Sequence record: PV796108.1
DNA: 64,000 bases
Direction: 5' to 3' (one strand)
Part shown: positions 27,420-36,800 of the stretch, one piece after another
Layout: each line of letters starts with the position of its first letter
How positions within the stretch are numbered: position 1 is the first letter of the stretch
Translations under genes and position numbers: made by a program
Notes under the pieces: generated by a model
Databases searched by the model: none
What the model was told of the DNA's origin: nothing
What the model saw: only the letters and a program-made list of their open reading frames with translations

Positions 27420-27949
27420 TAGTACCACATTACATACTAACTAAACCTTCATGTTTTCAATAATGTGGTACTAGGGGTTGAGTCATCATTGTCCGTAGGT
27501 TTGACTCTACTTGCCGACTACATACAGGGCTGTTACGATAACGGTAATTTTCCTGTCACGTCAGTAAGTATGATAGTAATAGGAGGGAGTTGCTATCAAA
27601 GCAATTGCGATTAGTTGGTTACTCAGGCGCCGAGTGCCAACATAATTCAATTGGACATTTCCAAACGGAAATATTGTTATTCTTCACGTAAGACGGTTTA
27701 GGCGCTGTCTTACAAAAACATGTTGAAATCAGCATATGTTTCTATCGTTTCATACCATTTTTTAGTACATAATATATGAGCCTACTCAACTTATATGTTG
27801 TGTACGAAGTGTTCATAGTGAGTCCTAAGTTCTTGTCCGTTCTCAGGACTCACACAACTATTTGGGTGACTGAAAGCACTTGAATAGAATTACTTACACT
27901 ATTATCTTTATGTTTGCCTTGGAGCTTCCCGTGCTTCAAGGCTTTTTTT
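27420..27949 (+). ncRNA. candidate about 530 nt ncRNA with own promoter and terminator
   Basis: no ORF; 13 bp stem 27420-27432/27461-27473 and at least four more hairpins. Confidence 0.6.
27916..27949 (+). terminator. intrinsic terminator
   Basis: GCCTTGGAGC-ttcccgt-GCTTCAAGGC plus T7. Confidence 0.8.
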
Positions 27950-28006
27950 GTGCAGTTATTACATAGTGATAGCGGGGAAAGTGAACCGCTACAAGGAGGA
28001 GATTCT

Positions 28007-28786
28007 ATGGCAGAATTCGAATTATTTAATTATGGTGATAGTGAAGTAAGAACATGTGTGAAAGACACACAAATTTGGTTTGTTGCCAATGATGTATGTA
28101 ATGTACTAGAAATTGTGAATCCACGCACATCTATTCAACGTTTAGATGATGACGAAAAGGATGTACACAGTGTGGACACCCATGGTGGAGCACAAAACAT
28201 GACGGTTATTAACGAGTCTGGATTGTATTCACTAGTATTAACATCTCGTAAGCCTCAAGCAAAAGCATTTAAGAAATGGATTACATCAGAAGTAATTCCA
28301 GCATTACGAGAACATGGTACGTATTCATTAGAGCGTAAGACTCCAGCTGAAATGATGCTTATGTATGCTGAACAAATGGTACGTCAGGAAAAAGAAATGG
28401 CTGCATTAAAAGAAACACAGCAATTACAACAGTCTCGTATTGAAGGTACAGAACAACGAGTGGAAACATTAATCCATCACATGACTGAAGTACCTGACCG
28501 TGCGAAACTAACACGTAAGATTAATGAACTATGTCGTACAAGAGGATGGAATCAACAAATCTCTTGGCACGAAGTGTATTATATTATAAAGTCGAAGTAT
28601 GGGATTGATATCCGACGTCGTGTACAACTTCAACGTCAACGTATTCAACAAGAACGTCAGCAACAAGGTAAGCCTTTATACCATGAGAAAACAATCGCTA
28701 AGAAGGTTAATGGTTTAGACGTATTAGAAGAACAAGGATTGCTTAATGAAGCATACGAGGCAATTGTGGGGCTTATTACGGCGTAA
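28007..28786 (+). CDS. BRO-N domain antirepressor-like protein
   Basis: FNYGDSEVR, WFVANDVC, INESGLYSL, AKAFKKWITSEVIPALREHGTY; RBS AAGGAGG. Confidence 0.9.
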   Translation: MAEFELFNYGDSEVRTCVKDTQIWFVANDVCNVLEIVNPRTSIQRLDDDEKDVHSVDTHGGAQNMTVINESGLYSLVLTSRKPQAKAFKKWITSEVIPALREHGTYSLERKTPAEMMLMYAEQMVRQEKEMAALKETQQLQQSRIEGTEQRVETLIHHMTEVPDRAKLTRKINELCRTRGWNQQISWHEVYYIIKSKYGIDIRRRVQLQRQRIQQERQQQGKPLYHEKTIAKKVNGLDVLEEQGLLNEAYEAIVGLITA

Positions 28787-28816
28787 GCCCCCTTGCTTTT
28801 CTAAGGAGGGAGAAGA

Positions 28817-29230
28817 ATGGGTGGATTACTTTATCCATATTTATTACTGACCTTAATTGTTATCATTGTTATTTATTTAGTATGTGGCATTCGTGGTAAG
28901 GATTGGTTATTAAAAGCAGGTTTATCAGGTATGATTACATCTACTTTATTTTACTTGCCTATATTTATTATTGTTACCTCTGAAGCAGAAACAACATGGG
29001 CGGTAGTAGAAGAGAAACCAATTAAGATTACAAAGAAACACGAAAATAGTTTTACTTATCAACTAGATGATGCAGCAAAAGAAAAAAGTAGCTTTGTTTA
29101 TTATCATACGACTGATAGTAAAGAAGGAAAGGTTGTTATATCTAGAAAAGTATTTGTAGATGACTTCATTGACAAATGGTTTGATGCACCAAACAACAAG
29201 AAATATGATGTCTACTTACCAAAGGAGTGA
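28817..29230 (+). CDS. membrane protein
   Basis: two N-terminal TM segments. Confidence 0.7.
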   Translation: MGGLLYPYLLLTLIVIIVIYLVCGIRGKDWLLKAGLSGMITSTLFYLPIFIIVTSEAETTWAVVEEKPIKITKKHENSFTYQLDDAAKEKSSFVYYHTTDSKEGKVVISRKVFVDDFIDKWFDAPNNKKYDVYLPKE

Positions 29231-29234
29231 GGAG

Positions 29235-29492
29235 ATGAGAGACTATAAAGGCAAAGAAATTGTTGTCGGAAATAAACGTGCCCATTTTAATTTTTATAAA
29301 AGCATTATCGGAAAGAAAGGTACAGTTACTGAACGTGCGAATATGAAAAGTTGGTTTGTAAACATTGATCGTAGCGAAACTGTAGCTGTTTATGATGAAT
29401 GGATTGTGCATGAAGATGATTTACTTGTTATTCCTAAAGAAAATGAAGAAACAATCACTTCAATGAAACAAGAGGACCTAGCATATGATTAA
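29235..29492 (+). CDS. SH3/KOW-like array protein, C-terminal tag
   Basis: VVGNKRA...WIVHEDDL; ends ENEETITSMKQEDLAYD. Confidence 0.75.
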   Translation: MRDYKGKEIVVGNKRAHFNFYKSIIGKKGTVTERANMKSWFVNIDRSETVAVYDEWIVHEDDLLVIPKENEETITSMKQEDLAYD

Positions 29493-29745
29493 AAGTTATG
29501 TTGGTAAAGAAGTTATTATTGGAGGTAAACGTGCCGCAGACCTTTGTTACTTTAAACTTGTTGGAAAGAAAGCAAAAGTTACTGGGGTTAAAAGTTACAA
29601 AGAATGGTATGTAGATATTGATAGAAGTGAAGATATGGGTATTTACAACAATTGGATTGTACATGAAGAAGATTTACTTGTCACTTCTCAAGAAAATCAT
29701 GAAACAGTAACATATATGAAGCCAGAGGTTTTGCCTTATGACTAA
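29485..29745 (+). CDS. SH3/KOW-like array protein, C-terminal tag
   Basis: IIGGKRA...WIVHEEDL; ends ENHETVTYMKPEVLPYD. Confidence 0.75.
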   Translation: MIKSYVGKEVIIGGKRAADLCYFKLVGKKAKVTGVKSYKEWYVDIDRSEDMGIYNNWIVHEEDLLVTSQENHETVTYMKPEVLPYD

Positions 29746-29962
29746 TAAAAAGTTTTGTGTTGTTGGTGATAAACGTGCAAATGATTTTGGATATGACCCT
29801 ATTGTTGGTCAAAAAGTACAGGTTCTTTCTAAAGATGATAACTATACAACAGTTAGGGTTGATAAGTGGGGACATTGGTATATAGCAAATGAAGATGCAA
29901 TATACAGTGCTGACAACAATAAAGATAATCTTCCTTTTATGAATCGAGATGATGAAATATGA
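29738..29962 (+). CDS. SH3/KOW-like array protein, C-terminal tag
   Basis: VVGDKRA...WYIANEDA; ends NNKDNLPFMNRDDEI. Confidence 0.7.
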   Translation: MTNKKFCVVGDKRANDFGYDPIVGQKVQVLSKDDNYTTVRVDKWGHWYIANEDAIYSADNNKDNLPFMNRDDEI

Positions 29963-30201
29963 AAAATGGAGACATCATGATTGTTGGTCATAAGCGTGCA
30001 ATGAAATATGGATATCGCAAAGCGATAGGATGCAAAGTTATTCTTGGCAAACGACATACAGTTTTCAATGAATTATGGGGAGTAAGGCTGATGCATACAG
30101 ACCCACATCAATTCCATGACTATTTTGTACATGAAGAAGATATTCTTCCTATCACAAATGAACATGCTCTTACGCAATTGAAAGGAGAATTAGACGTATG
30201 A
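29959..30201 (+). CDS. SH3/KOW-like array protein, C-terminal tag
   Basis: IVGHKRA...FVHEEDI; ends TNEHALTQLKGELDV. Confidence 0.7.
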   Translation: MKNGDIMIVGHKRAMKYGYRKAIGCKVILGKRHTVFNELWGVRLMHTDPHQFHDYFVHEEDILPITNEHALTQLKGELDV

Positions 30202-30443
30202 ATGCAGGAGAAAGAAGAATTGTAGGCAAAAAGCATTCTAGGTCATTAAGCTACATTCCTTTAGAAGGAAAAGAAGTACAACTCGCTATGCCACATAGAG
30301 GACTAAAAGATACATGGTTTATAAATCCAATTCGTAAAGATGGCAGTGTAGCTGGTGACCGTTGGTATGTTCATGTTGAAGACTTATTAGCAACGAACAA
30401 CCAACAAAGACTTTCTACTATGAAAGGAGAGATAGAAGTATGA
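30198..30443 (+). CDS. SH3/KOW-like array protein, C-terminal tag
   Basis: IVGKKH...WYVHVEDL; ends NNQQRLSTMKGEIEV. Confidence 0.7.
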   Translation: MNAGERRIVGKKHSRSLSYIPLEGKEVQLAMPHRGLKDTWFINPIRKDGSVAGDRWYVHVEDLLATNNQQRLSTMKGEIEV

Positions 30444-30715
30444 AATGGTATGAAGCTATACATGAAATGAGTAAGGGTAAAATCGTAAGTCCAGAAGGTC
30501 ATGCGGCACATTACTTTATTCATAATGATTCAGCTTTTGTTTGTATGCCAAAGCAAGATTATGTATTCACAACAAGTAGTTTGCCAGCTTGGATTAAAAA
30601 AGATTGGCATGTAACACATGAAACAATCCCAGAAGCTTATAAAGCAGAGGCTGATAAACTGCTAAAGGCTGGTGATGAATTTGTACGTAAAATTTCCGAT
30701 AGGATCAATAGTTAA
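30440..30715 (+). CDS. hypothetical protein (untagged)
   Basis: MKWYEAIHEMSKGKIV start, ATGA coupled. Confidence 0.65.
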   Translation: MKWYEAIHEMSKGKIVSPEGHAAHYFIHNDSAFVCMPKQDYVFTTSSLPAWIKKDWHVTHETIPEAYKAEADKLLKAGDEFVRKISDRINS

Positions 30716-30947
30716 AATCATAAAATGTGACTCTCAAAGTCAATCCTACAAAGACCAAGTAGGTAAACAAGGAATTGTCCTACGCCAAGGTATCAACTAT
30801 TTAGGAAACCTGGTTGTTCAGATTGAATTAGGAGAAAGCAGTATATTCTCTGGAACATGGTGGATAGAAGAAGATGATTTGGTTTTATTAAGAAACATAA
30901 GTAATAAATATACTTCCCATTTTTTAAATAAGGAGGTAGAACTATGA
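30672..30947 (+). CDS. SH3/KOW-like array protein, C-terminal tag
   Basis: VGKQGIV...WWIEEDDL; ends SNKYTSHFLNKEVEL; start uncertain. Confidence 0.65.
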   Translation: MMNLYVKFPIGSIVKIIKCDSQSQSYKDQVGKQGIVLRQGINYLGNLVVQIELGESSIFSGTWWIEEDDLVLLRNISNKYTSHFLNKEVEL

Positions 30948-31228
30948 GTAAGTTTAGGATTCGTGACAAAGTTATTGTTGGAACTAAATATGCTAAGGAG
31001 CATTATTATGACAATATAGCTGGTCAAGAAGGAGTTATTGTTGATGGACCTGAAAGAAAAGGAATGGGGCCAGATAGCAAAATAGTCGAGCCAGCTTGGA
31101 GCGTAAAAGCATTGTCTACTCATACTGGACATATGATAGTTATGTATGTTCACACTGAAGACCTTCATACTTTAGGCAATGAAAATGCATTGAAGCTTCT
31201 TAATCTGAACAAGGAAATTGAAATATAG
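30944..31228 (+). CDS. SH3/KOW-like array protein, C-terminal tag
   Basis: IVGTKYA...YVHTEDL; ends GNENALKLLNLNKEIEI. Confidence 0.7.
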   Translation: MSKFRIRDKVIVGTKYAKEHYYDNIAGQEGVIVDGPERKGMGPDSKIVEPAWSVKALSTHTGHMIVMYVHTEDLHTLGNENALKLLNLNKEIEI

Positions 31229-31240
31229 AGGAGGGAGAAA

Positions 31241-31537
31241 ATGAAAGGAGACAGGCTACAAGTTCGTATTACTGATAAACGATTTACAGGATGGAAATAT
31301 CATTACGGTAATATTTATGACGTAGAAGATAACGGAAGAAATCAATATAGGGTTCTTGTTACTGAAAACAATACAAAGCAAATGGAAGTTGTAGCAAAAG
31401 AGTCATTTGACCAGCAAGATTATATTAGTAGCTTTTATAAAGCTGGGCAATGCTTAATAGGTAGCAAGTATGCTGAAATCTATAGAGCAACTAATATAGG
31501 CAACCTGGGTTTAATGAAACAGGATGAATTATTGTAG
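31241..31537 (+). CDS. hypothetical protein, paralog of 31803, C-terminal tag
   Basis: GW.YH.G.IYDV...Y.VLVTENNT; ends TNIGNLGLMKQDELL. Confidence 0.75.
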   Translation: MKGDRLQVRITDKRFTGWKYHYGNIYDVEDNGRNQYRVLVTENNTKQMEVVAKESFDQQDYISSFYKAGQCLIGSKYAEIYRATNIGNLGLMKQDELL

Positions 31538-31548
31538 GAGTTGGTGAT

Positions 31549-31806
31549 ATGAGTAAACGAATTAAAAATGGAACAGTTGTGACAATAGGTAGCGAAAAAG
31601 CTGCTACTCATAACTATTCAACAGTTGTAGGTCATAAAGCTACAGTAAGAAAATATGAAAGTAACATCATTGCATCGTATTATGAGGTAGTAGTAGAAGG
31701 ATTTGAAGATTGGGATGCTGTATGGTATATACAAGCAGTAGATTGTATCCCCATCCCTATTGATAATATGAAGTCACTTGAATCATTAAAAGAGGATGTA
31801 CTATGA
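31549..31806 (+). CDS. SH3/KOW-like array protein, C-terminal tag
   Basis: IGSEKAA..YSTVVGHKATV...WYIQAVDC; ends DNMKSLESLKEDVL. Confidence 0.7.
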   Translation: MSKRIKNGTVVTIGSEKAATHNYSTVVGHKATVRKYESNIIASYYEVVVEGFEDWDAVWYIQAVDCIPIPIDNMKSLESLKEDVL

Positions 31807-32102
31807 AGAAAGGTGACAAACTCAAGATAGAAGTAATAGACCATGGATTGTCAGGATGGGAATGGCACCATGGTCATATCTATGATGTATCTGTACTTGA
31901 TTCTCATACTTATCAAGTATTAGTAACAGAGAATAATACAGCTCAAATGAAAAAAGCAAGTCTAAAAGATTATAGTCAAATGGAATACATGGTTGATTAT
32001 TATGAGAGAGGTCGTGCTCAAATCACAACTGACTCTTCTAGAGTGTACGAACCTAGCAATAAAGGCAATTTGATTATGATGAAGAAAGATGATTTATTGT
32101 AG
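31803..32102 (+). CDS. hypothetical protein, paralog of 31241, C-terminal tag
   Basis: ends SNKGNLIMMKKDDLL. Confidence 0.75.
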   Translation: MKKGDKLKIEVIDHGLSGWEWHHGHIYDVSVLDSHTYQVLVTENNTAQMKKASLKDYSQMEYMVDYYERGRAQITTDSSRVYEPSNKGNLIMMKKDDLL

Positions 32103-32137
32103 TAAATTATAGAAAACAAAAAGGGAGAGAATGTATT

Positions 32138-33070
32138 ATGACAGCAGTTAATGTATTAGCAAAGCCTTATATTATAGTGTCCCACTTAGATATGGACGGG
32201 GTGGTACCTGACATCCTTGCTCACCACATCTTGCCACAAAACGATTTAAATCAAACACACTTTGTTTCTAATGACCGAGTGAACAAAAAGATTGTTGATA
32301 TTCTTTCATTAGAAAATATCAAAGACTATGTGTTGTTTATCGTTGACCATTCTCCATCTAAAGAAACATATGATTTATTAGTAGAGAAAGAAGTGGATTA
32401 CTACATCTTCGACCACCATGAATCAAGCAAAATCAAAGAGATTGAAGATGCACGTATTCATTTCTCACTAACTGAATGTGGTACATCTCTATTTAAAGAT
32501 TACTTATTTGAAACATATGATTATAGTCACAAATCAATTGGTGAGTTAGCGGCGTTAGATCGCATCGCTACACTTACACGAGACTATGACTTATGGTTAC
32601 ATACAGACCAAGACTCCAAGGATTTAAATACATTGTTGTATGAGTATGGGATTAAAGATTTTGTTAATCGTTACAAAGAGAAGTTGATTCCATTATTCAC
32701 TGAAGAAGATTCTCGTGTTGTTGAATTAGCTGAAAGACGTAAAGAGTCTTACTTCAAAAAGTCTTTAGCTATCTCAATTGAGAAAGAAGACTTACTTGGT
32801 AATAAATATGCATGGCTTCCAATGGAACAATACCATAGTGAATTAGGTCATTACATCTTAGAGAATAAAGAAATCGAATATGTAATGCTTCTTGATATGC
32901 GTAAGAACAAAGTATCTTTACGTGGTCATGGTAATGTTAATCTAAGCAAGCTTGCTGAAGTATTAGGACTACACTTCGGAGGAGAGGGCGGCGGTCATCC
33001 ACCTGCTGCTGGATTTAGTTTTGCTCCAGAACGATTTGTTGAGGTATACAAAGAGTTATTTGGGCAATAA
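32138..33070 (+). CDS. DHH/DHHA1 phosphoesterase (NrnA-like)
   Basis: SHLDMDG, IVDHS, IFDHHES, GGGHPPAAG. Confidence 0.9.
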   Translation: MTAVNVLAKPYIIVSHLDMDGVVPDILAHHILPQNDLNQTHFVSNDRVNKKIVDILSLENIKDYVLFIVDHSPSKETYDLLVEKEVDYYIFDHHESSKIKEIEDARIHFSLTECGTSLFKDYLFETYDYSHKSIGELAALDRIATLTRDYDLWLHTDQDSKDLNTLLYEYGIKDFVNRYKEKLIPLFTEEDSRVVELAERRKESYFKKSLAISIEKEDLLGNKYAWLPMEQYHSELGHYILENKEIEYVMLLDMRKNKVSLRGHGNVNLSKLAEVLGLHFGGEGGGHPPAAGFSFAPERFVEVYKELFGQ

Positions 33071-33206
33071 TATAGGTAAATCTATTTCACACTCAGATTT
33101 ATCTGACGTTGTAGGCTCTTCCAATTATGGGAGGGCCTCTCCATATTAAAACAATTGTTCCTTTATATTGTTATTCATGGTAAAATATACTTTATGATGA
33201 CAATAT

Positions 33207-33563
33207 TTGGAGGGGATTTCTGTGTCAATTTTGACTACGAAAACAATTGAAAAACAAATCTTCAACTTATCTGAAGTGAAGCAAGGGGATATGTTGGAAT
33301 GTAAATATCGTTACGATGTTAACGACCCAGCAAGCGAAAAACCAGCAATGATTGTTGTAAATGAAGTACAAGAAGAAGCAATGTCAGCAACAATCTTTCC
33401 AAAAAATCGTTCACCGTACTTCATCTCGTTTGTCCCAGGTGATTTCGAAGGACATGGAAGCAGCATGGAAATCGTAGGTATCCCAGTATTAACTGGTAAG
33501 AACTTATTAGACTTCTTATCACCAGAAGAACCTACACCAGTTCCACCAGCACTAGAACAATAG
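33207..33563 (+). CDS. hypothetical protein
   Basis: 118 aa, start uncertain, terminator downstream. Confidence 0.65.
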   Translation: MEGISVSILTTKTIEKQIFNLSEVKQGDMLECKYRYDVNDPASEKPAMIVVNEVQEEAMSATIFPKNRSPYFISFVPGDFEGHGSSMEIVGIPVLTGKNLLDFLSPEEPTPVPPALEQ

Positions 33564-33630
33564 ACTCCCTTGTGGGGGTCTTCTTTTTATTCGGTATTAT
33601 TAGATATTAGTAAATTTTCTGTAATTTAGA

Positions 33631-33659
33631 TTGATTTACTAGTAGCTATTTAATATAAT
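33631..33659 (+). promoter_or_regulatory. sigmaA promoter
   Basis: TTGATT-17-TATAAT. Confidence 0.7.
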
Positions 33660-33718
33660 AGAGTTTGGCATCCAGAAGATTACATAAGGTCAAATATAAA
33701 AACTAGGAGGCTGATGTA

Positions 33719-35215
33719 ATGAAAAAGTTTGGAGCAATAGCTTCGGCTATCGCACTCTCTGCTAGCTTGTTCTCATTTGCGAACACTTCAAGTGCAGAGG
33801 AAGTCACTGTAGGTACAGGGTTTTCGGTAGGTAATCAGTATGAAAATGGTGGTTATGAAGCAGAAGCGTTTCAACCAGTAACAGAAGCATGGAGCTTTAA
33901 CTCTCGTTTCGTGGGAGCGAACACAAGTGAATTGCATTCTAAGTATGAACCACTTAATAAGGTAAACATTTTGCAAACTATCTTAGATAAAGATGGTACG
34001 TACTACACAATCGAAAGTGGCAAAGGTAATAACCCAGCGATTGTTGCTTATTCTAAAGACAGTATTAAGCAATGGTCTTACACACCACCACGAGGCGCAC
34101 AGAATTTAGTATTAGGCAATGATAACAAATTATACTTCCGTGATATGACAAACTTGTATTCTGTAGATAAAGCGTCTGGTAAGTTATTATGGACTGTAGA
34201 AATTCCATCAACAGGTACTTCACCTGGCAACTTCCCAAGTGTATCTATTGATAAAGATGGCACTATCTACACAAATGGTTTAAATGAAATTTCAGCAGTT
34301 ACTCCAAATGGTGAGATTAAATGGACTCGATACATCAATCAAAACATTACTTCATTCATCAAGATTGATAAAGAAGGTCGATTAATCTTCATCACTGGTA
34401 CAAAAGTACGTGCTTATGACAAAGATGGTAATGAAATTTGGAGTAAGTACATTGAGAACGATAAAGTAGGTAACATCGAATTATTAGAAAACGATGAGCT
34501 TTTAGTTTCAACAAACAAATCCAATCCTGAGCTTACCATTTTAAATCGTTCAACAGGTAAACCAGTAAAAGTAATGCCAATGACTTCTACACCACGTAGT
34601 GTTACTGTATCAGATGTTGACGGTTCTATTTATGTAGCTGGTGATGAATTAAAGATTTACGACAAACAGTTCAACTTAAAAACAATTATCGCTAAGAAAG
34701 TAAACCATGTATTATTAGACAAAGACAACAACGCATTCTTCAGTATTGATAACGATGGTGTATACTCTGTTAACCCTGAAGGTACTGAACGTTGGGTTTA
34801 CAAGCCAGACAATGCTACTCATAACTGGACTTCTAATCTAGCAATGGATAAAGAAGGTAAAGTATATGCGGGCTTACGTGAAACAGTTGGGACAGTAAAT
34901 GAATTTTCTATGGTTGTATTAGGTGCTAACATTGATAAAGCTTGTCAACGTGTGAGTGTTGTATTAAACTCTCAACTTAACAAGAATGTTCCTGACTATG
35001 CACACAAAGCAACTCCATTTTACAATGCAAGTGTATGTGACACTACATTCACATTCCAATTTGAAAGCAGCGATCCATCTATCTTAAATGATAAAGACAA
35101 GCATATTGCAGAAGCAAAAGCTCGTTTAGCTAATACAGGTGACTTTGCTAACAAAGTTAAGTTTATCTGGAAAGATGTAAAAACAAATCAAGTATTCCAT
35201 GAACAAGTACAATAA
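33719..35215 (+). CDS. secreted PQQ-like beta-propeller protein
   Basis: signal peptide ending SSA-EE; repeated DKDG.IY / G..KW motifs. Confidence 0.8.
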   Translation: MKKFGAIASAIALSASLFSFANTSSAEEVTVGTGFSVGNQYENGGYEAEAFQPVTEAWSFNSRFVGANTSELHSKYEPLNKVNILQTILDKDGTYYTIESGKGNNPAIVAYSKDSIKQWSYTPPRGAQNLVLGNDNKLYFRDMTNLYSVDKASGKLLWTVEIPSTGTSPGNFPSVSIDKDGTIYTNGLNEISAVTPNGEIKWTRYINQNITSFIKIDKEGRLIFITGTKVRAYDKDGNEIWSKYIENDKVGNIELLENDELLVSTNKSNPELTILNRSTGKPVKVMPMTSTPRSVTVSDVDGSIYVAGDELKIYDKQFNLKTIIAKKVNHVLLDKDNNAFFSIDNDGVYSVNPEGTERWVYKPDNATHNWTSNLAMDKEGKVYAGLRETVGTVNEFSMVVLGANIDKACQRVSVVLNSQLNKNVPDYAHKATPFYNASVCDTTFTFQFESSDPSILNDKDKHIAEAKARLANTGDFANKVKFIWKDVKTNQVFHEQVQ

Positions 35216-35295
35216 GTAATGAAAAGGATGAGTTTCTTCTCTATAATAAGAGAAAAGGCTCGTCCTTTTTTTATGCTGCGAAGGAGGGATTCTAT

Positions 35296-35478
35296 ATGGA
35301 CTTAAAAGAAAGATTGAATTGGATATTTGTAGCGCTACTTGCAACAAACCTTTTAGATATTTTATTCTTGGCTACATCACCAGAACCATTGTTTTATCAT
35401 CTATTTAAAATGGGAACAAACTCAATCTACTATGTAGTGGTTTTATATGTTTCATTCTTTTCTCATCGAGAATTTTAA
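35296..35478 (+). CDS. small membrane protein
   Basis: RBS AAGGAGGG, hydrophobic 60 aa. Confidence 0.55.
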   Translation: MDLKERLNWIFVALLATNLLDILFLATSPEPLFYHLFKMGTNSIYYVVVLYVSFFSHREF

Positions 35479-35497
35479 ATGAAAGGGGAGATAATAT

Positions 35498-35671
35498 ATG
35501 TATTTCAGTATGAAAAAGAATCGTTACAACTCTTCAAGTTGGTTTAACATAAACTTTAAATACAATTACGCACCATTTAATAATATAGAAGCTATGTCCT
35601 CTTTAAAAAAAGAAAAAGACTTTGATGAAAAGAAGCCTGTAATGTCTACAGGTTTCTCATGGTCAGCATAG
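35498..35671 (+). CDS. 57 aa peptide containing the tag motif internally
   Basis: RBS AAAGGGGAG; contains NNIEAMSSLKKEKDF; not in track. Confidence 0.55.
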   Translation: MYFSMKKNRYNSSSWFNINFKYNYAPFNNIEAMSSLKKEKDFDEKKPVMSTGFSWSA

Positions 35672-35680
35672 GAGGTAGTT

Positions 35681-35980
35681 ATGAGGTATTATATGGGTCA
35701 AGATGGAAACATTATAAAAGGGATAGCTTGTATGTCTTATTGGGGCGACTGGATTGCACTAGAAAGACAAGATAATATAAACGTAAGACCAGCTTCTATA
35801 GAACAGTTACAACGAGTGAAGCCTGATTCTATTATTAAGTATGTAAGTAAAGAGTACAGAGAACTTTCAGAACACGATTTAAAACGCAATCATACATGGA
35901 AAAGAATACAATCTCCTGATGAATTATATGTCTCTAATGAAACGTATAAACAAACTTTAAAGGAGGAAGAACAGTTTTAA
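35681..35980 (+). CDS. S..Y..L...DL..N..W family protein, C-terminal tag
   Basis: YVSKEYRELSEHDLKRNHTW; ends SNETYKQTLKEEEQF. Confidence 0.75.
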   Translation: MRYYMGQDGNIIKGIACMSYWGDWIALERQDNINVRPASIEQLQRVKPDSIIKYVSKEYRELSEHDLKRNHTWKRIQSPDELYVSNETYKQTLKEEEQF

Positions 35981-35994
35981 TAAGGAGGGGTAAC

Positions 35995-36330
35995 ATGAGA
36001 AATGTCATATTCAGAGGTAATCAGTACGAAGTGTATGCAATTGTTCAGTATCAACAAATGAGAATGATACTAACAAAACAAACAGGAAAAGAAAAAGAAG
36101 TACATCGGCCTGTACCAGTTGATAAGTTATTACTAGGTCAAAGTGGAAAAATAATTTATCACGATGCATCAACAGAAAAATTCGTAGTTAAACCATATCC
36201 GTATATCCATCCTTATTATGAAGGATTAAAATGGTTGAAGCTTCCTCTACATAATGAATCAGATTTCAGAATATTACCTATTGAAAACAACGAATCCATT
36301 GTTACCCTAAAAAAAGAAGAAGTGATTTAG
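35995..36330 (+). CDS. YE(A/V)YAI family protein, C-terminal tag
   Basis: YEVYAIV; ends ENNESIVTLKKEEVI. Confidence 0.75.
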   Translation: MRNVIFRGNQYEVYAIVQYQQMRMILTKQTGKEKEVHRPVPVDKLLLGQSGKIIYHDASTEKFVVKPYPYIHPYYEGLKWLKLPLHNESDFRILPIENNESIVTLKKEEVI

Positions 36331-36343
36331 GGAGGAGGCAATC

Positions 36344-36700
36344 ATGCGGAAAGTACAAATCATAGATGGAAATGGCGAACCTGTATTTCAATGCAATGCA
36401 TATGCAGTTATGACAGACGATGTTAGTGTTTCTTTTCTGTTAAAAAAAGCTAAGAACGAACTTAAATATTATCGACCACGAACAGTAGAAGGTATGAGAA
36501 AACAAGTTGGTAAAAGACTTGTTTACAAAGATGACATCATAGATAAATCCATAGAAACGGCTGGTGGTTATTTCGAAGGGTATTATCAGAACTACAAATG
36601 GGTTTCATGGGTCATCAGCAACGGAAAGACTTATCGGATATTAGATACTACGAATAATGATAGCAAAATCTCTTTGAAAAAAGAGGAAGAAATTGTCTAA
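36344..36700 (+). CDS. hypothetical protein, C-terminal tag
   Basis: CNAYAVM; ends TNNDSKISLKKEEEIV. Confidence 0.75.
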   Translation: MRKVQIIDGNGEPVFQCNAYAVMTDDVSVSFLLKKAKNELKYYRPRTVEGMRKQVGKRLVYKDDIIDKSIETAGGYFEGYYQNYKWVSWVISNGKTYRILDTTNNDSKISLKKEEEIV

Positions 36701-36717
36701 CTTTTCCTATTTTTCTA

Positions 36718-36746
36718 TTGATTTAATATCCAATATTTGCTATAAT
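36718..36746 (+). promoter_or_regulatory. sigmaA promoter
   Basis: TTGATT-17-TATAAT. Confidence 0.7.
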
Positions 36747-36800
36747 ATGAGTATGTCATATAGAAATATATGGCATAAATAATTTTATAGGAGTGGGTAT

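Noticed and set aside
29959-30443. Tag motif as a pure artefact of overlapping RBS (AAAGGAGA reads K-G-E)
   Set aside because: It explains KGE cases like these, but not the many tagged genes with a separate or absent downstream RBS, nor the conserved upstream Asn; a formal null test is still needed
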